Source of the DNA: Elusimicrobiota bacterium
GTDB lineage: Bacteria > Elusimicrobiota > UBA8919
Length of the DNA: 57,514 nucleotides
Reading direction: 5' to 3'
Assembly: GCA_003452965.1 (NCBI GenBank)
Contig: DMMW01000035.1
Span: forward strand, 534-58,047
The notes beneath the pieces were generated by a model. It made no database searches, had not been told where the DNA came from, and saw only the letters and a list, made by a program, of their open reading frames with translations. The translations under genes and the position numbers were made by a program. The first letter of the stretch is position 1. Every line of letters begins with the position of its first letter. Below are positions 10,323 to 17,092 of this stretch, piece by piece.

Positions 10323-10351
10323 ATTAAACCATAAATCTTGACAATTGTCAA
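10323..10351 (-). promoter_or_regulatory. sigma70-like promoter for the radical SAM gene, leaderless geometry
   Basis: The minus strand reads TTGACA-N17-TTTAAT-tttttc-ATG. The -10 ends 6 nt before the start codon at 10316 and no SD is present. Confidence 0.45.
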
Positions 10352-10353
10352 GA
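10336..10353. promoter_or_regulatory. perfect 18-bp palindrome (tcttgacaattgtcaaga) carrying back-to-back -35 boxes; candidate operator
   Basis: Read directly from the sequence. The two halves are exact reverse complements, and each half contains TTGACA for one of two divergent promoters. Confidence 0.6.
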
Positions 10354-10366
10354 AAATTAGTATATT
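10338..10366 (+). promoter_or_regulatory. sigma70-like promoter (TTGACA-N17-TATATT) for the PilZ-TPR gene
   Basis: TTGACA at 10338-10343 and TATATT at 10361-10366. The ~130-nt leader ends in a 9-bp hairpin (10457-10486). Confidence 0.5.
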
Positions 10367-10499
10367 TTAACTATCGGAAAGTTCCGTGTCTATGCAAAAT
10401 CTCTTGCCAGATTTGTCAAAAATTCAAAGAGGCGAGCAGGTAGGCACAAACAATTGAAGACCGTTTGTATTTTTTTTAACGGTCTTATATTTAATTATT

Positions 10500-12593
10500 A
10501 TGGTAGATTTCTCAGAAAGACGTAAATATAAAAGGTTTTATTTTAAAGAAGAAACAGCGGCTCCTGTGGAAATCTGTTTCCCGCCGCCATTTTATCAAGA
10601 ACCTATTGAAGGCAAAATTTTAGACGTATCTGCAGGCGGTCTGGGATTGGCTTTATCTGAACCGCTCCCGAAATTTTTTATTCTATCGCTTACCATCAGG
10701 TTATCAGGAATAAAACCTTTTGACGTTAAAGGAAAGGTTGTTAGAATTGAAAAAAAAGAGGATTACTATAAAGCGGGTATTTTATTTATCGAAATTAATT
10801 CCGAAGCAGTGGAAACGTTAAACCTCATAGCCGAAGATTATGATAAATGCTGTAAGAAACGGCAGGGTGAAGAAAAAAAATATTGTTTTGATGAATGTAA
10901 ATTTAGTAATTTATGTGATCAAAAAAAGAAGGATGCACATCTGGAATCAAAAAATCAAGATGTATCTATGATAAGTATTAAAGATTTGAAATATGATGCA
11001 AATGAAGAAAATAAAAAAGATGCCGATTCCGAAAAAACAGTTATTTTGCAACCTGTTCAAAAAACAGACGAGCCAGTTAAAAAAGATATAGAACAGGAAA
11101 AAACCTTAATTTTAGATGCAAGCAAGAAAGAACAGTTGGAAGAAAAGACCGTTATATTAGAACCTGCTCTTTCGTCAGATGGGATTATTAAACAGGAAGA
11201 CAAATTAAAAGAGTTATTGGAATCGATAGAAAAAACAGTTGTGTCGGAACCGGAAAAAATACAGACTGAACCGGAAGCTATAAAAACTGAATCACTTGAA
11301 CCGGTCATACGAGACGAAAAGACATTGGATGCCGAAACAATATCTAAAATAGAACCAATAAACAAAGAAGAACCCAAAAAGGAAACAGAATTTGAAAAGA
11401 CGTTTGTTTTAGAACCTGTTAAGAAAATTATTGAAATTGAAAAAACGGTGGAGTTAATATCTGAAAAGGAAAAAGAAAAAACAATAGAATTAAAAAAAGA
11501 GATTCCGGTAGTTACATCAGAAATTGACAAAAAATATTCAGAATATAAAGATGGAAAAGATAAAAAAGCCGATAAAACTAAAATAATTGCACCTAAAACA
11601 AAAAAACAAGGGATAAAAAGGATTTATGTAGTTTACTATATTTTCCTATTCTTCATTTTTGTTATTATTTCATTGTTTTTCTCAAAGGATAAAATTACCA
11701 GAATAATCTTTGCTAATGCCGAGAAAAAACTTTTAATACCAAAATACGAATCAGCAATAAAGGATTATAAAATTGTTTTAAAATATGATCCCAAAAATTT
11801 AGATGCACATTTAAAATTAGCTGAAATATATGCTAGAATGAAAATGTATATTAATGCTGCGGAAGAATATAGTGAAGTTATCAAAATTAAACCTGATATG
11901 CTTGTAGCGTTATTAGAAGCGTCAAAATTAAATATAAAACTTAATAAGCATAAGGTCGCTTATAACTATTTAAAAAAAGCAAGAGATATATCGCCGGACA
12001 ATCTTGATGTAAAAATTTATACAGGTATTTATTACGAGAAAAATAAGGAATACGATAAAGCGATGAGGGAGTTTGTAAGCATATCTTCCGATTCGCAATT
12101 GCCTGAGGATGTATATTTTTCTATAGGCAAGGTTTTAAGTATCAAGGGTTTTTTTAAGAAAGGAATGATGTTTTTATCTAATGCGAACTTACCGAAGACT
12201 GCTTCTGAATATTTTAACATGGGTGTTATTGCCAATGAAAATAATACGGATGAAGCAATATATGGGTTTGTAAAAGCAGCCGTAAAAAAGAGTGATTATA
12301 CAGAAGTATATGAATGGCTTGGACATCTATACAGAAGAAAAGGGCTTTACATCGCATCTATAGATGCATATCTTGCTGCATTAAATATAAAACCTGAATC
12401 TGCTATAACATTTTTAAACTTGGCAAAACTGTACGCTTTAAAGGATGATGTTGAAAACGCATTAACATCTCTTGAAAAAGCGATTTCATTAGATGCTTCT
12501 CTAATTAGCAGTGTAAAGGATTCTTTCGAATTTAATGAGATGAAAAATAATTTAAGATTTAAGAAACTAATGAAGAAAAAAGGTAAGAAGTAA
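10500..12593 (+). CDS. PilZ-domain protein with EKT-repeat linker, one TM segment and C-terminal TPR domain
   Basis: The N-terminus carries RRKYKR and DVSAGGLGL, matching the PilZ c-di-GMP motifs RxxxR and DxSxxG. About 8 EKT[VLFI] units span aa ~175-345, a TM segment lies near aa 380-400, and TPR-like helices run to the C-terminus. Confidence 0.65.
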   Translation: MVDFSERRKYKRFYFKEETAAPVEICFPPPFYQEPIEGKILDVSAGGLGLALSEPLPKFFILSLTIRLSGIKPFDVKGKVVRIEKKEDYYKAGILFIEINSEAVETLNLIAEDYDKCCKKRQGEEKKYCFDECKFSNLCDQKKKDAHLESKNQDVSMISIKDLKYDANEENKKDADSEKTVILQPVQKTDEPVKKDIEQEKTLILDASKKEQLEEKTVILEPALSSDGIIKQEDKLKELLESIEKTVVSEPEKIQTEPEAIKTESLEPVIRDEKTLDAETISKIEPINKEEPKKETEFEKTFVLEPVKKIIEIEKTVELISEKEKEKTIELKKEIPVVTSEIDKKYSEYKDGKDKKADKTKIIAPKTKKQGIKRIYVVYYIFLFFIFVIISLFFSKDKITRIIFANAEKKLLIPKYESAIKDYKIVLKYDPKNLDAHLKLAEIYARMKMYINAAEEYSEVIKIKPDMLVALLEASKLNIKLNKHKVAYNYLKKARDISPDNLDVKIYTGIYYEKNKEYDKAMREFVSISSDSQLPEDVYFSIGKVLSIKGFFKKGMMFLSNANLPKTASEYFNMGVIANENNTDEAIYGFVKAAVKKSDYTEVYEWLGHLYRRKGLYIASIDAYLAALNIKPESAITFLNLAKLYALKDDVENALTSLEKAISLDASLISSVKDSFEFNEMKNNLRFKKLMKKKGKK

Positions 12594-12599
12594 TCAATA

Positions 12600-14366
12600 T
12601 TATAATCGATTTTTAAGTGCAGCTAATTCATCAAAAATCTCTTTTGGCATTCTATCGCCAAATTGTTCCAAAAAACTCTTTGTATTTTCAGCTTCTTCCT
12701 GCCACTTTTGAACATCAATATCAAAAAGCTTTTCAAGATTTTTCTTATCAATATTCAAACCGTTAGTATCCAAGTCATCTAAATTAGGAATTAGTCCGAT
12801 GGGTGTATTCTTAGCGGAGATATTATTATTGATTCTTCCGATTATCCATTTCAAAACACGAATATTTTCCCCAAAACCCGGCCAGATAAATTTACCGTAT
12901 TCATCTAGTCGAAACCAATTGACAAAAAATATTTTTGGAGGTTTTTTTAGATTCTTACCTATATTTAACCAATGTTTGAAATAATCAGCCATATTATATC
13001 CGCAGAACGGAAGCATTGCCATAGGGTCACGTCTTAATAAACCGACCTGATGTGTAGCGGCAGCAGTTGTTTCGGAACCCATGCTCGCACCTGCAAAAAC
13101 GCCGTGTTGCCAGTTGAGACTTTCATAAACAAGTGGGACAGTGTTTGAACGCTTACTGCCGAATATAATCGCAGAAATAGGTACTCCTTTGGGATTATTA
13201 AATTCTTTTGATATAGTTGGTGATTGCGATATTGATACCGTAAATCTGGAATTCGGATGTGCCGCATTTGTTTTTAAAGATGGGTTCCATTTATTACCTT
13301 GCCAATCCATTACATTCTTAGGAGGTTCACTACTTAAACCTTCCCACCAAGGTTCATTTTTATCGGTATCGATTGCCGTATTTGTAAATAATGTAGGGAA
13401 AAAAGTTCCTGCTTTTAGAGTTTTTATCATATTTGGATTTGTTTTTATTGATGTACCCGGTGCCACACCGAAAAATCCTGTTTCTGGATTCATAGCCCAT
13501 AGTCTTCCGTCTTCACCAATATTAAGCCACGCTATATCGTCACCCAAAACCCAAATCTTATAACCCGGCAAAGATGGTTGCATCAACGCAAGATTAGTTT
13601 TTCCACAGGCAGAAGGAAGTGCCGCAGCCACGTATGTTATTTCTCCTGTTGGATCTTCAATTCCTATTATAATCATATGTTCTGCTAACCAACCCTCATT
13701 TTTACCTTGAAAGGATGCTATTCTAAGTGAAAAACACTTTTTACCTAAAAGGGCGTTTCCACCGTAACCAGAACCGATACTCCAAACGAAATTTTCTTGC
13801 GGAAAATGCATAATAAATCTTTTATTAGTATCAAAGTCACCAACCGAATGAAGACCTTTCACAAAGTCATTTGAATCACCTATTTTATTAACAACCGCTT
13901 TACTCATTCGCGTCATAATACGCATACTTACTGCGACATACGTAACATCCGTAATCTGGATACATGCTTTTGAATAAGGCGAATCCGGATGCCCCATCAT
14001 ATAAGGAAGGACATACATTGTTTTTCCGCGCATACAGCCATCGGATAATTTTGTAAGTTTTGCTTTAGCTTCATTTGGATCCATCCAATTGTTATTTGGT
14101 CCTGCAGTATCTTTATCCGGATAACATACATAAGTTAAATGTTCTGTGCGGGAAACATCGGTTGGATGGCTTCTATGATGATAAGCGTTTGGCCATAATT
14201 CTTGATTAAGTTCAGTGAAAATCGGATAATTATTAATTTTCTCTTCACTAATACCAATATTAATTAATTTGCGAGCTTCTTCATCGGAACCGTCGCACCA
14301 GTGAATTCTATCCGGTTTTGTTAATTCTGCTTGTTTAATGACCCATTTTTCTAAAGATGTTGACAT
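12600..14366 (-). CDS. pckG: phosphoenolpyruvate carboxykinase (GTP)
   Basis: 588 aa. The P-loop/kinase-1a-like motif is LPSACGKTNLA, and WLAEHMII and DDIAW blocks are typical of GTP-PEPCK. GGAG RBS. Confidence 0.95.
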   Translation of the reverse strand: MSTSLEKWVIKQAELTKPDRIHWCDGSDEEARKLINIGISEEKINNYPIFTELNQELWPNAYHHRSHPTDVSRTEHLTYVCYPDKDTAGPNNNWMDPNEAKAKLTKLSDGCMRGKTMYVLPYMMGHPDSPYSKACIQITDVTYVAVSMRIMTRMSKAVVNKIGDSNDFVKGLHSVGDFDTNKRFIMHFPQENFVWSIGSGYGGNALLGKKCFSLRIASFQGKNEGWLAEHMIIIGIEDPTGEITYVAAALPSACGKTNLALMQPSLPGYKIWVLGDDIAWLNIGEDGRLWAMNPETGFFGVAPGTSIKTNPNMIKTLKAGTFFPTLFTNTAIDTDKNEPWWEGLSSEPPKNVMDWQGNKWNPSLKTNAAHPNSRFTVSISQSPTISKEFNNPKGVPISAIIFGSKRSNTVPLVYESLNWQHGVFAGASMGSETTAAATHQVGLLRRDPMAMLPFCGYNMADYFKHWLNIGKNLKKPPKIFFVNWFRLDEYGKFIWPGFGENIRVLKWIIGRINNNISAKNTPIGLIPNLDDLDTNGLNIDKKNLEKLFDIDVQKWQEEAENTKSFLEQFGDRMPKEIFDELAALKNRL

Positions 14367-14432
14367 ATTTTTCTCCGTTCAATCAAAATCTACAAAAATT
14401 TTTATCTATTTTACATTATTAAATTGTTAAGC

Positions 14433-14460
14433 ATTATACGAAATATTTGTAACTTGTCAA
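14433..14460 (-). promoter_or_regulatory. sigma70-like promoter (TTGACA-N16-TATAAT) for pckG
   Basis: The minus strand reads cTTGACAagttacaaatatttcgTATAATgc, about 66 nt upstream of the pckG ATG. Confidence 0.55.
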
Positions 14461-14611
14461 GCAATAAAAATATTTTTGTTCCGCTTATTCTTTTATAAAA
14501 CGGCATATTATCTATTTTGTATACTTATTTACATATTGTGTATCTATACTTTTTAAAAAAAGGATGAGGATAAACCTATGACTGCTTGATGTGTATGTAT
14601 CAACAAAAAAT

Positions 14612-14639
14612 TTGACATTGAATATTTTTTCTGTATAAT
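14612..14639 (+). promoter_or_regulatory. sigma70-like promoter (TTGACA-N16-TATAAT) abutting the ogg start codon
   Basis: TATAAT ends at 14639. ATG codons lie at 14643 and 14646 and there is no SD, so the geometry is leaderless. Confidence 0.5.
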
Positions 14640-14642
14640 ATT

Positions 14643-15263
14643 ATGATGAAATTAGTAGAACTGAGACGGTGGCATAAAATAAAAAAAACAGAAATAGAAA
14701 ATCGTCTAAAAGAATTTAAAAGCAAGAAAAACAATAAAAAAATATTTGAAGAACTTTGTTTTTGTATATTAACCGCAAACGCTTCGGCAAGGATGGGATT
14801 GAAGTCTATAGAAGCGATAAAAAATAAATTGCAGTCCGGCGATATTTCTGATATACAGAAAGGGCTAAAAGGAAGACACAGGTTTTATAACACCCGTGCA
14901 AGATACATAACGCAAACAAGGGATTATTTAGAAAAAAAATGCGATTTAAATATAAAAAAACTATTAAATTCTTTTAACACACCTGAAGAACGGCGACATT
15001 TTTTCGCTAAAACAAAGGAAATTAAAGGAATTGGTTATAAAGAGGCGAGTCATTTTTTAAGAAATATTGGGTATAGCAATTATGCAATTTTAGATAAGCA
15101 TATTTTAAGTTGTTTAAAGGACTTGAAAGTAATAACAGATAAAGAAAAAAATTATATTGAAATAGAAAAAAAAATGAGGGAATTTGCAAAAAAAATAAAA
15201 ATAAACATGGATGATCTTGACCTTGCATTGTGGTCGTATAAGACAGGAGAGATACTCAAATAG
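14643..15263 (+). CDS. ogg: N-glycosylase/DNA lyase (8-oxoguanine DNA glycosylase, Ogg2/archaeal-type, HhH-GPD)
   Basis: 206 aa. The HhH-GPD region is IKGIGYKEASHFLRNIGYSNYAILDKHI, with an Ogg2-like N-terminus (ELCFCILTANASA). Confidence 0.8.
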   Translation: MMKLVELRRWHKIKKTEIENRLKEFKSKKNNKKIFEELCFCILTANASARMGLKSIEAIKNKLQSGDISDIQKGLKGRHRFYNTRARYITQTRDYLEKKCDLNIKKLLNSFNTPEERRHFFAKTKEIKGIGYKEASHFLRNIGYSNYAILDKHILSCLKDLKVITDKEKNYIEIEKKMREFAKKIKINMDDLDLALWSYKTGEILK

Positions 15264-15267
15264 ACAA

Positions 15268-15293
15268 GTAACGGGTAACGAGTAATGGGTAAA
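15268..15293 (+). repeat. 7-nt tandem repeat (GTAAYGR x ~4) starting 5 nt after the ogg stop
   Basis: gtaacgg gtaacga gtaatgg gtaaat. Each unit contains TAA, so stops appear in all three frames. Confidence 0.7.
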
Positions 15294-15594
15294 TATATTA
15301 CAAATTATTATATTTTTTTAATTGTTGTTTGAATCTCCTTATGGCTGTCAATGAGCGAATCCTTCTTAGCAAAAGCTACGAAGGATTTGGGCAAGTGGAA
15401 TTTATCCGCCGTAGTTTTTAATGTAGGCGGACAGCTGTCGAAAAATTATGAGCGAAATAGCCATCGGGGTGCATTTCTTTTGCTGACTTTTCTTTAGGCA
15501 AGTAAAGAAAAGTTAGTGGGGGTGCAGGGGCACGAAAGCCCCGCGACATTAATATTTTAATTGAAATTACTAATTACAAATATCAGGGGGAAAA

Positions 15595-16881
15595 ATGAAA
15601 AAAATTTTACAGGTAGCATTGGATTTTGTTGATTTGCAAAGAGCAATAAAACTTGCCGAAGAAGCGGTTGCAGGCGGTTGTGATTGGCTTGAAGCAGGTA
15701 CTCCCCTAATAAAAAGTGAAGGATTAAATATCATACGTGAATTAAGGAAAAGATTTCCGCGTATTAAAATAGTGGCAGATATGAAAATTGCAGATGTCGG
15801 AAGATTGGAAGTTGAAATTGCGGCAAAGTCAGGTGCTAATATTGTTACGGTTTTGGGTTCTTCTGAAGATGGAACAATAAAAGAAGCGATTTCTGCTGGC
15901 AAGAATTACGGTGCGGAAATAATGGTTGATTTGCTCGGAGTTTCGGATATAGTTAAAAGAGCAAAAGAAGTTGAAAAATTAGGTGCCAATTATATAGATG
16001 TTCATATTCCAATTGATGAACAGATGAAGGGAAAAATATCGTTTGATATTATTAGAAAAATTTCAAAGATTGTAAAAATACCGATTGCAATTGCCGGCGG
16101 AATAAATTCTGAAAATGCTGCAGAAGCGGTAAAAACAGGTGCTTCAATAATTATTGTTGGAGGCGCAATTACAAAATCACAAAATGCAAAACTTGAAACA
16201 CAGAAAATAAAAAAAGCAATATCAAAAAAAATAAAAATCAAATCTGAATATTTTCAAAGAGTTACAGAAACGGATATGCGAAAAATTCTTAAGATTGTTT
16301 CCTGTGCCAATATTTCAGATGCACTGCATAGGGGTCTTCCTATGAAAAATGTATTTCCAGTTGTCGCATCGGTTAAAATGGTAGGGCCTGCGGTAACGGT
16401 AAAAACTTCACCGGGGGATTGGGCGAAACCGGTTCAAGCAATTGATGCAGCAAATGAAGGTGATGTCATTGTAATTGATGCTTGCGGTGTGCCACCCGCT
16501 GTATGGGGAGAGCTTGCAACCAATTCCGCGATAAACAAAAAGATATCAGGTGTTGTTATATTCGGCGGAATTCGCGATACTGAAGATATCAAAAAATTAA
16601 AATTTCCGGCTTTTGCTTCATTGATTACCCCGCAAGCAGGTGAGCCGAAAGGTTTTGGTGAAATAAATATTCCTATAAACATTTCCGGGATTAAAATTAA
16701 TCCTGGCGATTGGATTGTCGGTGATGATGACGGTGTAATGGTGATTCCAAAAGAACATGCGGTTGAATTTACTAACAGGGCTATGGATGTACTTGAAAAA
16801 GAAAATAGGTTGCGTAAAGAAATAAAAGACGGTTCAAGCCTGGCAAAAGTCGCTGAACTTCTCAAATGGGAAAAGAAATAA
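15595..16881 (+). CDS. bifunctional 3-hexulose-6-phosphate synthase (OMPDC-fold) / RraA-like (HMG-CHA aldolase family) fusion
   Basis: The N-terminal ~210 aa (LQVALDFVDL...WLEAGTPLIK...ADMKIADVG...DVHIPIDEQ...AGGI) is HPS-like. The C-terminal ~200 aa (ISDALHR...GDVIVIDA...WGELAT...GGIRD) is RraA-family. Confidence 0.75.
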   Translation: MKKILQVALDFVDLQRAIKLAEEAVAGGCDWLEAGTPLIKSEGLNIIRELRKRFPRIKIVADMKIADVGRLEVEIAAKSGANIVTVLGSSEDGTIKEAISAGKNYGAEIMVDLLGVSDIVKRAKEVEKLGANYIDVHIPIDEQMKGKISFDIIRKISKIVKIPIAIAGGINSENAAEAVKTGASIIIVGGAITKSQNAKLETQKIKKAISKKIKIKSEYFQRVTETDMRKILKIVSCANISDALHRGLPMKNVFPVVASVKMVGPAVTVKTSPGDWAKPVQAIDAANEGDVIVIDACGVPPAVWGELATNSAINKKISGVVIFGGIRDTEDIKKLKFPAFASLITPQAGEPKGFGEINIPINISGIKINPGDWIVGDDDGVMVIPKEHAVEFTNRAMDVLEKENRLRKEIKDGSSLAKVAELLKWEKK

Positions 16882-16914
16882 TGGGGACGGTTCTAATTAT
16901 TACCGAGCAGAGTA

Positions 16915-17026
16915 CCCCAGCTCCTGCTGGGGAATGATGCGAAGCGTAACCCCGATGTCGTGTTGATTTTGAGCGAAGCGAAAAATCTATCGGGGCATAA
17001 ATAGAAGTCACCAGCTCCTGCTGGTG
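16915..17026 (+). repeat. structured GC-rich island with twin hairpins sharing the core CCAGCTCCTGCTGG
   Basis: The hairpins are ccccagc-tcct-gctgggg (16915-16932) and caccagc-tcct-gctggtg (17009-17026). Between them, gcgaagcg occurs twice and ccccgat/atcgggg forms an inverted pair. Confidence 0.6.
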
Positions 17027-17092
17027 GAGATTCACTAAAAGTTTGCACATTAAAAATTAGTAGTAAGGTGTGGACTGATTCTATAGAATGAT

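Noticed and set aside
11057-11530. 157-aa antisense ORF inside the PilZ-TPR gene. The same judgement applies to the many other antisense or alternate-frame track ORFs, for example 1226-1621, 2977-3252, 6347-6682, 8341-8775, 9340-9615, 13141-13563, 15570-15902, 16434-16865, 23911-24261, 36137-36505, 36806-37339, 38432-38746, 47840-48235, 51963-52274 and 55399-55791.
   Set aside because: All of them lie fully within, or opposite to, well-supported genes. Their sequences are low-complexity or hydrophobic-junk, typical of AT-rich antisense frames, and they lack SDs.
16862-17050. 62-aa minus-strand ORF.
   Set aside because: It is read entirely through the twin-hairpin GC-rich island and has no SD or family resemblance.
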